A DNA stretch of 64,000 nt from positions 78,804,001-78,868,000 of the forward strand of contig CM052816.1 of NCBI GenBank assembly GCA_028534125.1, read 5' to 3'. Below are positions 49,386 through 60,912 of the stretch, piece after piece. The translations under genes and the position numbers were made by a program. How positions within the stretch are numbered: position 1 is the first letter of the stretch; the number at the start of each line of letters is the position of its first letter. The notes under the pieces are model-generated. The model saw only the letters and a program-made list of their open reading frames with translations. It searched no databases and was not told the DNA's origin. The DNA comes from Lama glama. Its lineage: Eukaryota.

Positions 49386-49573
49386 GTAAGAGTGACCATG
49401 CATATAAGCCCCAAATCCTAGAGACTGGCAGAGCAACAAGATATAAGGAGTTTGGGATGCTGGCCAGCTGGAGAGGAGCTACTACCAGCTCCAACTTCTG
49501 TGTGACAAAGATATAAGTTTCTACCCATTATTACTTTGGGTCTCCATTATAGGCGTTTGATTCTATCCTAACT

Positions 49574-51330
49574 TAGTGGTTTTGAAAGTGAGGTATAAGT
49601 TTCCCTGGGGGATAAATATCCTCCATGAGAAATAAAGACTTCTTTTTTTTTGAAAAGGAAGGTAGTTAGGTTTATTTATTTATTTAATGGAGGTACTGAG
49701 GATTGAACCCAGGACCTTGTGCATGCTAAGCACATGCTCTGCCACTGAGCCATACCATCCCCTAACTGAAAGCTTAAAGTTTTAAGGAAATCAATGTCCA
49801 GATGCTCAAAATGTGCAAACAACAATAATAATAACTCATATTTAGCAATTAACTATGATCTAGAACCTTGCTGATACTAATCTATTTATCATATCTTAAC
49901 GTGAATGTACTCCTTCCTAAAACTAGTCTGTCTTAGAACAAGCCTGTGGCTGAAGCTGGTTCCCTCTCTCACTCCCCTCCCACAAATGCCCTTCTCTGCT
50001 TTAAGGTGTAACTCTCCCGCATTCCAAATCGTATAGTCAAGTTTTGACTTTGAGCGTTGCTTCTCAACTTTTTTTCATCATGGCCTCCTAAGGAGCCTTT
50101 TAGTCATTCTAATCATTCCCACCATAAAAATTTAATATCATACATATACTCTGTATGCTTGTTCGTGTACTGTATGCATACCTGTTCTTCATACATAAAA
50201 AAAGTAAGATTTTTTCATCCCTCAAGAACCAGTTTCTGGCCCCATCAAGAAAACATGCCCAAGAACGTAAAAACCTAGAGAGCACCAGGGAACTATTTGA
50301 AATCCTGGTGTTGATGGAAGAAATTAAATGACTCTGTGATTGTGCAATAAACCTGTTGCAACTCATACGATTTTTTTCTTTTTTAAAATATGATTTCTGA
50401 TTCTTTGCTTTAAGAAAAATTAGGATATAATCAAGTTGCCAGCTGATAAACAATTAAAACTAGTTCAGAAAGAATTCAGAGAACAGAATTGCATTGCTGT
50501 AACAAGCCCCTTCTATTTCGATATATTTACATGAATAGACTTCTCAGGACTTTCATATATAAAAATGGAAAATATTAACCTAATTGATTCTGAACTCTGG
50601 CTCATTCAAACATTAAGTGTTATTTACCTATAGAATGACTAGAATAAGTCCTATTCATTTAGAGATGCATTTCCAATAATATTCACTTTCTATATTTAAT
50701 GATTTATAATATATTTATGTTGGTTTTACCAAAATTATAGTGATAACTAAATTCAGAAGACATTTTTCAGCTCTTAGATCTTTCTGGTCATTGGAAATTA
50801 AAAAAGCATGTTTAATATCAGAATATAAGTATATATATATATGTGTGTGTGTTTGTGTGAATATATATCTATATCTATAAGTAAGCATGCATAAATATAT
50901 CTAAATCTAAATATATTATATATAGTAGAGAAAGTAAGTATGAGTTATCAATAAAAGACTAAAAGAATAGAAATATATCATATAAGGATTAAATTATATG
51001 GGGAAGTCAGATGGAAATACAAATTTAAGAGGAAAACAAACTGCCTTAAAATTTCTGACTGTTATAGAAGGACTTGTTCTTACATATTTTAAATAGATCA
51101 GTGAATGATGGTGAGCACCAAATCGTAACTTTGAGATTCCATTTAGTACATTTAAGAGTCACATGACAGTGTAGTTTTAAAATGTCAAATTATACAACAT
51201 GCCAGAAAGTAATCCTTTACAACTATTTAAACTTAGGATGAAAAATTTAGACATCAACTTAGAAATGAGTGAGATTGTTTAAAGAATTGCTCTGAGGGTT
51301 GCCAAGTGACACAGATTGAGAATTACTATT
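49574..51330 (+). mobile_element. hAT-Charlie (Charlie7-like) transposon remnant with transposase C-terminus; contains a SINE and another MITE
   Basis: Terminus-like tagtggttttgaaagtg and ttgagaattacta; ~50460-50630 reads VQKEFRE..IAVT/FSGLSYIKMENINLIDSELWLIQTLS (hAT dimerization-like). Confidence 0.65.
49643..49763 (-). mobile_element. tRNA-Ala-derived SINE (vic-1-like), long form
   Basis: aggtagttaggtttatttatttatttaatggaggtactgaggattgaacccaggaccttgtgcatgctaagc. Confidence 0.92.
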
Positions 51331-51744
51331 CTGTTACATGAAGTTCCAGTCTGACTGGTACCTCTGTGAAGATACCAAGCAACCAAGGGTGGGTGGAGAT
51401 GACTTGCATCCCACTTCCGATTGCTAGTTCTGGCACCTGAGAGTAAGACTAAGTTTACAGGTGAGGCATGAAATGGCCCTAAAGGTGAGGAGTGACAAGA
51501 GCGGAGTTTGAGAAATCAAAGCCTGCTTATTCCCCTTTCCTTGCTGCCTGGGGTCAAGCAGTGAACAGTAGCCCAAAGGTGGAGCAACAGAGCTCAGCTG
51601 TCTCCATGCTCTGCAGCCTGTCCACCATCTCCCCCTACCCTCGCCCTGCCTCTACCTACCAGGTGGCTACATATCACCGAGTTCCCTGGGACCTTCTTTC
51701 CCAATTCCAGCTATTTTCAGCTCTTGCTACACTGACCTCTTTTA

Positions 51745-51880
51745 TCAAAAATGCGGTCCACCTGCCTAGAATCATTTAGCATGCCTGTTACAGTGCCAAT
51801 TTTTGGTCTTTCAACAAACCTATTGCATTGGCATCTTTGAGGCTGAGACCCAGGATTCTGCATTATTAACTCTTCAGGGT
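51745..51880. mobile_element. MER5-like MITE fragment
   Basis: tagaatcatttagcatgcctgtta...ggctgagacccaggattctgcattattaac. Confidence 0.6.
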
Positions 51881-53534
51881 AAGAAGTAGTTCTTTATGCC
51901 TCAGCTCCTTTCGTCCAACAAATGATGTTAAGTTTCTTTGCTTATGACAGGAATTTGAGTTTGAGAATTTGGATTAAAAACTCTAGGAAATGGAGATATA
52001 AATCCAAATGGATTTCAGCCTGTTTTATTCTTGGATGACTAGACTTTGGGGCCTTCATGGCTTGAACCTGGAAGACCAGAAAGAAAAGAATAATGTTCAA
52101 AGCAAGATAAAACTCATTCCCAAAAAAGAAAAAGAAAAATGAATAGGAAAAGCACAAAGCAAGCTCTCTTCTAATCTAATTCTTACGACCATGACACTGG
52201 ACAAATGACCACAAATGTCCAACACTGACAAAAGAGCAGATGGTTTCCAGCACTGTACCTAACTCAGAGTTGGATGCCAGCCCAGCCTTGGGGATTGAAT
52301 CAGAGATTGAACTAGACCAACACAATCATAATCAGAGGCCAAGAATGGGTGCTCTGTTTGGGGAAAGCATAGGAAGGAACTGGGGTGCAATGGGGTCTAT
52401 ATTTAGCAGGATCAGAGTCAAGACCAGCTGATTCTGTGAGGAAGCCTGGAAAAAAGGGCCCATGAAAATGCGAGCCAGGCAGATGGAGCCCCTTGATAGC
52501 ACAGAAAGGGGTTTACCTAAAGAGGTGGGTAAAAATGGAACACAGCAGACTTAGACTCTCTAATTTCCCACTTTTAAAACCCAGCAATTGTCTCCAAGTT
52601 CGAATGCTCAAATTCTTTTCATCACCTACTTAGACCAGGTTTGAATATCAGGTCACAACCGTTGATTTTTTTCCCCTGAGTTCACTGCGTGGTGCCTTGT
52701 GACATTAGCCATCGGAATAATGTTTTCGATGATTTAAAATAATTCAGGCAAGGCCAGAAGGTTGCTTTGTGCCAGCCCCCACAAGCTTGGCCTGTGTCCT
52801 CTGGCAAGACTCATCTCTTTGTGCTATTGGAGAAGAGAAAAATCAACCCCAGTAGAAGCCCTACAAGAATGGGACAAAAATCAGGGGGAATTTTTAAAAC
52901 TTTCTACTTTGTACTTCTAGCTTTGGGGAGTGCTGTGTTCTCAGAAACAACTATCTGTCTAGATGAGAGAGGAACTTTGAACTTTTTTGGAGAATTGTCA
53001 TTGCTTATTTGATTTCACAACACTCTCTTCTCCCTTACTACCTTGTTTTTATAAGAATTTAGTGAATTAAAATTAAAATAATAGTTTGTTTTGAGAAGTT
53101 AGGGAAGAATTTTCTCATGTTTCTGGGGATAAAATGGAAACCCTTGTGGTTGATGCAACTGGGATCCAGGATTGCTGCTACTCTTAGACTAGAAATATCA
53201 CAGAATTATCTACTGATATTTTAAGAGTCTTCAGCCTTGGACCTTTGTAAGGTAACATTTTGGTTTCTAGCACAAATGAACAATTTGTTTCTAGTCATTT
53301 AACTTGTATCTCACTCACATGGGAAGCATTCTTTCTATTTATTATGTTTACTTAAACATTATTTCAACCCACTAAAGCAAATGGCTAACCAAAGATAACT
53401 GCCGGAATGTTTTATTTTTCTTGTTTGCAATTCAAATCATTCCCTTGTTCAGTTTAAGAAAAAAGCATCATGGTTTTCTCATCTATTTGCTTGTCCTTTC
53501 CAGGCTGAAAGATTTACACATTGTTCCATCATTC

Positions 53535-53655
53535 ACTGATTCATTTACTCAGTTGACAAATGTGTATTGAGCACCGATCGTGTTCTCAGAACTGGGCTGG
53601 GCATTGAGATATAAGAAGATGTCTTTCCTGCTCTCTGGAAGCTCCCACTCTATCA
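53535..53655 (-). mobile_element. L2 3' end
   Basis: attcatttactcagttgacaaatgtgtattgagcacc...ctgctctctggaagctccca. Confidence 0.75.
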
Positions 53656-54588
53656 GAATGATCCACATGTTCTTCTTAGGATCACTCTGCAGACCTCCCA
53701 AGAGAAACGGTCTCTCAATTTTGTATCATCAGGACCGGCAGGGGCATTTCTTGGTCTAGACTTTTGTCCTGGCTATTTTCCCAAGGATCAGAGTCAAGCC
53801 ACTTCAGCAACTCCCTTCCTCCACCCAGGAAGTGTTCTGAGGGACCTTCACAACCTCTTTTTACCTGACTCACAGGGTGGCCACACAGAAGAGATCTCCT
53901 GGAATGCCTGGAAGCTCATGAGCCACTTGAAACAAATGAAAGTTTCATACCAGAGGAGATGGAGATGTTTGAGTTGGGACCTTGACTACAGCCAAGTGAA
54001 CAAATATGTTCTTGGGTGTTTAGTTACAATCCTGGGGATTATTGAACAAATCTGGCATCATGAGAGAAGCTGTAAATCAAATAGCATAAGCCTTTGTTAC
54101 ATAAGGGAGGTAACTCTGTGTTACCAAATGGATTTGAAAGTATCCAGACTCAGCTTGCAATGTTAGGAACCCCAGGTGCTCAGCCTGTTGCTGCATCCAT
54201 GTGGGTCCCCTGGGCTCAAACACCTCACCCTCGTACAGCTCTGCTCTCCCAGCTCTGAGGGAATGGACTCACTTGGCTGACTTGATGATCATCTTTTTTT
54301 TTTTTTCTTTTCTTTTTTCAGATGTGGAAAGTTGAATCAATTACAGTCTCTGCTCATCACCCACTATGATCATGTCAGTACAAGGCTCCTCCCTTGGTGT
54401 GGGGCTTGTTGTTCCCTTGTATCCACGCTCCCCACTTCCATTCCTCTTCCTCCGTAGCTATTTGTCCTTACCAAGTGTATGTTGCTTGTTCTTTATGTAT
54501 TTTATCTATCTTTTCATTACAACCATATTTGAACATAGTGGAAGGTTGAATGAATAGTACAGTGTACACTCTTATACCTACTACTTTG

Positions 54589-54709
54589 TTTTTAATTTAA
54601 AAAAATTTTAGAGGAGGTTTTGGGCATTGAACTCAGGACCTCATGCATGCTAAGCATGTGCTCTACCACTGAGTATACCTATCCCCTATCTTAAAAAAAT
54701 TTTTTTAAA
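54589..54709 (-). mobile_element. tRNA-Ala-derived SINE (vic-1-like), short form
   Basis: ttgaactcaggacctcatgcatgctaagcatgtgctctaccactgag; TSD atacctac(t/c)actttg at 54574-54588 and 54710-54724. Confidence 0.9.
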
Positions 54710-55230
54710 ATACCTACCACTTTGAATCAAACATTTCCTAACCTTTTGCCATACTGATTGAATTCTATATGGGTGTTTGAAAAAGTGAGTTGCAGACATC
54801 ATGGTAAGTCACCCCTAAATACTTAAGCATGAGTTTCCTAAGAATAAAGGCATTCTCCTACGCAAAGACAATATCATTTTCACACCTAAAGATGTTGATA
54901 GTAATTATGTAACTTCATTTAATATTTAGTCCCTATTTAAATTTCCCTAATTACCAAAAATGCATTTTGTAGTTCTTTTTTTTTAAAATCAGAATTCAAT
55001 CAAGGTTTACACATTGTATCTGATTAAATCTTCTTAATCTTTTCCACTCTAGAACAGCCTCCCTCTTTTAAAAATAACATTCCCATTTTGAAGAGATGAG
55101 TTCAGTTGTTTTGCTGAATGTCCTCCATTCTGGATTTGCCTGATTGCCTTCTCATGATCTTGTTCAGATTGGCCCTTTATGTTTTATATTTTCCATAAAC
55201 TGACAATTAGACCTAAGGCTTGATTATCTT

Positions 55231-55344
55231 TTAAAAACATTTTTATTCATTTCTATATATTTTAGTGGAGATACTGGGGATTGAGCCTAGGGCCTCATGC
55301 ATGCTAAGCACGTGCTCTACCACTGAGCTGTTTCCCTCTCTGCC
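55231..55344 (-). mobile_element. tRNA-Ala-derived SINE (vic-1-like), short form
   Basis: tactggggattgagcctagggcctcatgcatgctaagcacgtgctctaccactgagc; TSD 14/16 at 55215-55230 and 55345-55360. Confidence 0.9.
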
Positions 55345-55834
55345 AAGACTTTATTATCTTCAGGTTAAAGTTCTGGCAGTTCACTTATAGAATTGTTTTA
55401 TAAAGCAGAGCTTTTCTTCATCAACTGTGGGTAAACTCATGACTACTTCTTGATTTAATAGGTAAGGTAAAGAAAGATGCTTAACCATTTCCCTTTAAAA
55501 ATCAGCTTGGAGTAATATGGGTTAGTGGAATGGTCATCACCTTCAAAGATGGCAAATGAGTTTTTTCCTTTCTTTTTTCATTTTATGCCAACTTTTGAAT
55601 GTCAATATAAACTGATGGATATTATTTATTCAGGATTTTACAATCAATTATAGTAATTTTTCCTTTTACTGCTCAAATTTCTGTTTCTTGCCAGGACCCT
55701 GGTTGACAGATATCTTGGACATCACTCTTTATCAATATATGGAGATCATCTTCATCTTTTTATGTGATTGTGTAGTACTCCGTTGTGTGGATGGACCATG
55801 GATGGCTCACTTCTTATGGACCAACTTTGATATC

Positions 55835-56260
55835 TCATCTCTCGGCCCCCAGATAGGAATAATAATGGTACTGACTGATATGGTCACCGTGAAGATTCGA
55901 TGAGTTAAAATATGTAAAACTCTTAGCATAGTGCCTAATATGCACTAAGTACTCAATAACTCTATCTTATAACTATCATAATAATATCTATCATAATAAT
56001 AGTAATTATGATAAGATAATATCATGTCAATAATTATTTCGACTATTTTTATTTTTTTGTTTTCATATTCTGCTTGCCACAAGCCTTGGACTGTGTGAAA
56101 ATGAGAGGGAGCTTTTAAGGGGAGCAGTGTAGTTTAAAGAAAAGAGCATGGGCTTGGGAGCCCTGAGATCTGGATTTTAGTCCTGGATTTGTTTCTAACC
56201 ACTTGGGTAACCCTGAATGAGTCCCTAAACTATCCTGATATTATCCATAAAAAGAGGGAA
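55835..56260 (+). mobile_element. Two MIR fragments (~55835-55960 and ~56120-56260)
   Basis: atgagttaaaatatgtaaaactcttagcatagtgcct; agagcatgggcttgggagccctgagatctgg. Confidence 0.75.
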
Positions 56261-56479
56261 CTGGAGAGAGCACCTTAATTCTCTTCCTGCTCTCTGGTCT
56301 GTGTATTATATTGGATGACTTGTTTCACACTGGCCAGAGGACAGGAAAATCTTCTACTTTGAAAATTGAGACACCCTCATCTCTCATCCTAGTATTGACA
56401 AACCTCTGGTTTGCTTCCATCCTGTTGCCTTGTGATGCGCTTGAATCAGAATAAAGATGGTTCATGACCCTTAGTCCTG

Positions 56480-56700
56480 GAAGGAGAGAAGGGAGATGGA
56501 GATAGAGATAGAGTCAGAGATGGAGATGGAAATGGAGATGGGGTTGAAGATGGAGATAGAGATGGAGATGGAGGTGGGGTTGAAGATGGAGATGGGGAAG
56601 GAGTTGGAGATAAAGATGGGATAGGGTTGGAGATGAAGATGGAAATGGGGTTGGAGATGGAGATGGCAAAGGAGAGGAGAAGGAGAAGTAGAAGAAGAAA
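56480..56700. repeat. Degenerate (GGAGAT)n purine-rich tandem repeat
   Basis: Repeated ggagat/agagat/gaagat hexamers. Confidence 0.9.
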
Positions 56701-57209
56701 TTCAGCCATTTTTCTCTTCAGTTTCTTGGCTGCAGGGTGCTTTATTTTTTCCCCCAAGAATGGGTGTACTGACTCCATGTACACAATATGGACATCTCAG
56801 AGTAAAGTTACTATCCAAAAACAAAACAAAATAACAAAAACAAACAGTAAAGGGATTGAGTTTCATAGCTCTAAGCAGTTACTTTTTGGAAAATTAACAC
56901 TTGTGAGTTTTTTTAAATACAGCCCAAACATTCCATCTTTGGCTATTCAATCCTAAGAGCAATAGTAAGGTTTTGGTTGCAAGGAATGTCTCAAGGCGGT
57001 CATTCTTGTGGTGTGGGGAGCAGTTATGATCTCTAACTCTGGAAGGCCAGGCCCAGAATTAATGAGAGGTTCCATGTGTACCTAAAAGAATGTCTTTCCA
57101 AGAATTTATTGCCCTCATTTTGGCATGTGCTCTCAAAGCTCTCAAAGTTGGTGGTCAGATTGGAAACTTCAAAGTTTTCTCTAAAAGCCCTGCTTGAGCT
57201 TATGTACTT

Positions 57210-57292
57210 CTCCATGTGTGTTATACTCCAATATATGTTGAATAATACCTTGAAATTCTATTCAACAAATAAATATTTATTGAATGAATGAA
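57210..57292 (+). mobile_element. L2 3' terminus
   Basis: aataaatatttattgaatgaatgaa. Confidence 0.6.
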
Positions 57293-57559
57293 GATTATCT
57301 CAATCTTGCAATCAGAAAAAGGATGGGAGCTTTCATTTCTGGACACTTTCCCATACATTATTTGTGAAAAATGAGCCCTGTTGGAAAGTCTATGGGGGTT
57401 CCTTACCTTCCCCCAGGATCTTGACCACCTGGAAGATATTTGTATAATCTTTTTGCATGTTTTAATAAGCCAGGGTTGCTGTCCCTAGTTCAAAGACCTG
57501 TGGAGAAGCAGTAAATGCAGTAGAGATGTTCTTTGGAGAAGTGGAGAGAATCCGGACCA

Positions 57560-57690
57560 TACCAGGCAAATTGGACCCAATGTTCTAGTTGACTGTGGGC
57601 TATTGTTTCTCCACCCAAGTTTGTAGTATTTTCTTCAGCAGCATATAATTTGGTCTTGCAGCTTCTTTCAAAGGCAGAGTGATGATTGCA
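57560..57690 (-). mobile_element. CR1/L3 ORF2 remnant
   Basis: Reads HSQLEHWVQF, similar to CR1 RPHLEYCVQFW. Confidence 0.5.
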
Positions 57691-58139
57691 CTGCATTTCC
57701 CAAACTGTCTGCTGAGAACACTAGTTCCAGGAAATGCTAATCTGTACTCAAAAAAGAATAAGGTTTCTGTGGGTTCTGATTATATATTAGCATATGGAAA
57801 GCTCTGAGGAGTTACAGAGCTTAAAAATAAGTAAAGGATGGGTGGCCTGGCTAATAGTTATTAACTTATCAAAATAGGGGAAATCCAGGCAGTAGTGAAT
57901 TCCGTTCTAGTATATTAAAATGACACACTGATATTAAAAGACACTACCTATTTGTGGCCATAACCCACAGCTTTCAAACTTTCATTTCCCACAGATCTCA
58001 TGACTCTATGCATTTCATTTTGCCACTGAGTCCTGTTCAGTACTCTGTAAGCTTACCTAAGGAAGGAAATGCACTTAAGGACTATCCCAGGTCAATAACA
58101 TATCCTCCATGGCCCTACAGTTCTTTTTGGACTTTCTAA

Positions 58140-58720
58140 TTAATGAAATATTTATTAAGTATGTCTCCCTACTTTATGCCAGGAATTCCATTAGACACAA
58201 TGAAGGTACCAGGGGGAATAGGATAGGACATGTTCCCGGAAGTTACATTCTAAGATAGCTAGCAAAGACAACAAGTAAATATACCGCATAAGAACTATTG
58301 ACCCAGGGGAATTAAAGGAAGAGAGGAGGAGCTGAGACAGAAAATAAGATGTATATGAGGGTGTTTCCTACTTGAGGCGACCAGGAGGGAAGGATACTCT
58401 GCGGTAAGGACATTTAAAGTGAGATGTAAAGATGATAAGGAGCTGGCTGTGCCAAGACAAGGAAGAAGAATGTTTGTTTTGGTAAGAAGGAAGGGCATGA
58501 TCAATGGTTCATTTGCAGGAAGCAACTTGCTAAAGAACTGAAAGAAGATCACGTGGTTGGCCCATGGTGCTCATGAGGGCCAGGAGATGAGGGGAGGGGT
58601 GACAGTCAGTGTGTACCTGCCAGTAGTCATTGACAGCTCTTGAGGCCAGTGGGTGGGGGTACGGGGTTGGGAGAGACTTTCATGGAGAGGGTGATAGGGT
58701 TGAATTTATGTTTCAAGGAC
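58140..58720 (-). mobile_element. L2 fragment
   Basis: aaatatttattaagtatgtctccctactttatgccagg...ggacatttaaagtgagatgtaaagatga. Confidence 0.78.
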
Positions 58721-59849
58721 CCTCCCTCAAAAGAATATATCCCGCTGCACTAAAACTTTAGAGTGAACATTCTAAAATGCTTTTAATTATCTGAAAAATA
58801 CAGATTACATATTTCTCTCTCTCCATCCCAAACATACAATAGCTTCTAATTCTATTCAAACCGCTGGATCTTGGTGAAATGTTGTGACTCTTCTCTGTGT
58901 TTTATTCATGAGACTTCACACCTAGGTTCTCTATACATCTGTGCTTTACAGAACCCATTGCCTGGGGCACATGTGAGGACTTTTAGGGCAAGGTCAACCT
59001 TCCACAGTCCTGGAGCTTGTTTTGGGTGCCTCCCATCTTCTCACCCTGAAGGCAGGAATTCAAGAGATGCACTGTTTCCCAGTAGAGCTGAACATCCATT
59101 TTCTGGCTCTTCTTTATGTTTCAGTTAGTGGTTGTGAAGGTACCACAGATTAGCTCGATATTTACAGCACTTGTAAATGGCAACTGAGAACATTTTGCAA
59201 CATCAAACAATCCGTGTAACTCAAAGCTGTGTTTATGTCAGTCTAGACATGGCATATGTGATGCACCACAGTGATTTTTTTTTGCTAGCTACTAGATGAA
59301 TACTGAACTCCAGAATAGCAAAGGCTTGTTTTCATAAAAATATTTAATAAGAATTTATTTAAAATCTAAAAAAATTAAATGAGGAATTTCAGCTTTATTT
59401 AAATGAGTTTTAATTTTAAATGTCAATAGTTCAACTCTAGATTTTATCTTTTAATTTTAAGAGATGATTTTGAATACTTCAGGAGAAAAATAACTTCTTT
59501 GGAAAACTTATGAAAGATCATTTTTACTTTTCCAGTTTTTTTTTTGAATTTACTTGAATTTACAGAATTTGATAGACATACATTTAAATTTTATAAATTT
59601 TGACTATTACTTCAAAAATTTTAAAATCCTTTAGGTCATTGAGAATGAGTACGATTTGCAATTGTGATAGAAACTGAAAATACAAACATGAAGTTCAGAA
59701 GAGAGAAAGAGCTATAAAGGAAAAAATAAGTAAATCTTCAAAGAAGCAGTCTGCTTAAATTTTTTAAAACTGTGAAAAAGAAAAGTCAGCAGGCTTCTGT
59801 TGGGTATGACCCACATAAACTTTGCAAATAGGACGTTACAAACTCTTTT

Positions 59850-60605
59850 GAAATCAGGTTTTTGAGGTATCATTTACATATAGTAACAGTCACCCTGTTC
59901 TGGCATTCAGTTTTATGTGTTTTGACAAAATGTATGCTATTACGTAATCATGACCCTAATCAGGATATTTCCATCAACCTAGAAAGTTCCCCCTCTGCCC
60001 CTTTGTAGACAACTCCCTTCCCACTTCTCTCCTAGCCTCCAGCCCCTGGCAACCTTTGATCTGATTTCTGTCCCTATCATTTTGTCTTTTCCAGGGTGTC
60101 ATGTAAATCAAATTCTTACGTTATGTAATGTTTTATGCCTGGCTTCCTGCAGTTAGCATAGTCCTTTTGAGAGCCATTCATGTTGTTGCAAGTGTCAACA
60201 GATCTCTCCCTTTTATTGCTGAATATGATTCCATTATATGCAGGTACTACACAATTTGTTTACTTATTCACCAGTTGATGGACATTTGGGTTGTTTCCAG
60301 TTTGAAGAGATTATGGATAAAGCTGCTATAAACCTTCTTATAGAGGTCTTTGTATGTGTGCTGTGCTTTCACTTCTGTTGTGTAGATACCTAGGAATAGG
60401 TTGCTGGATCATAGGGGAGGTGTATTTTTAACTGTGTAAGAAACTGCCCCAGGGTTTTCCAAAGTGGCACATCCACCAGCAGTGTAGGCCTTTTCCCTCG
60501 CTCGGCATCCTTGCTAGCACTTGGTGTTGTGAGGTGTTTTTGGGTTTTTTTTTTTTTTTTTTGGTTGGCTTCTTTCTTTCAATATAGTTGTTTTAATAGG
60601 TGAGA
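59850..60605 (-). mobile_element. L1 3' region (L1MB/ME-like)
   Basis: cccctggcaacctttgatctgatttctgtccctat; ttattcaccagttgatggacatttgggttgtttccagttt. Confidence 0.9.
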
Positions 60606-60898
60606 AGTTCTCTAATTACTGATCAAAGAATTCAACTAAGCAAGAAAATTATTCTTATCAACAATACAATAGGTTAAATAAAGTAGATTAAACAAAATCT
60701 TGCAATTTCGTGCTACTGGTTAAAGCGGTAAGAATCCATGCAGGCCTCCACTGGTTCTCATGCCCAGGGCCCACAAACGGTAGTGGTGGGGTCGTGCTCA
60801 CTGTAGCCCTTTCTTCTGCTCTGAAGTTGGCTGTTAGGTGTGTTTCTTTGGGGTCTGAGACCCTTCCTTGGGTAGGACAGCCGCCACCGCATTCCGTT

Positions 60899-60912
60899 GT
60901 GCCCTCTAGTGG
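60899..60912 (-). promoter_or_regulatory. Consensus CTCF core motif
   Basis: Minus strand CCACTAGAGGGCAC matches CCASYAGRKGGCRS at all positions; binding not shown. Confidence 0.7.

Larger units (their letters stand above)
54490..55760 (-). mobile_element. L1MC4-like 3' region hosting two SINEs
   Basis: gttgcagacatcatgg...cacccctaaatacttaagcatgagtttcctaagaataaaggcattctccta. Confidence 0.8.

Noticed and set aside
56446..56956. Ser/Pro-rich and Glu/Met-rich ORFs
   Set aside because: Translation artefacts of the (GGAGAT)n repeat.
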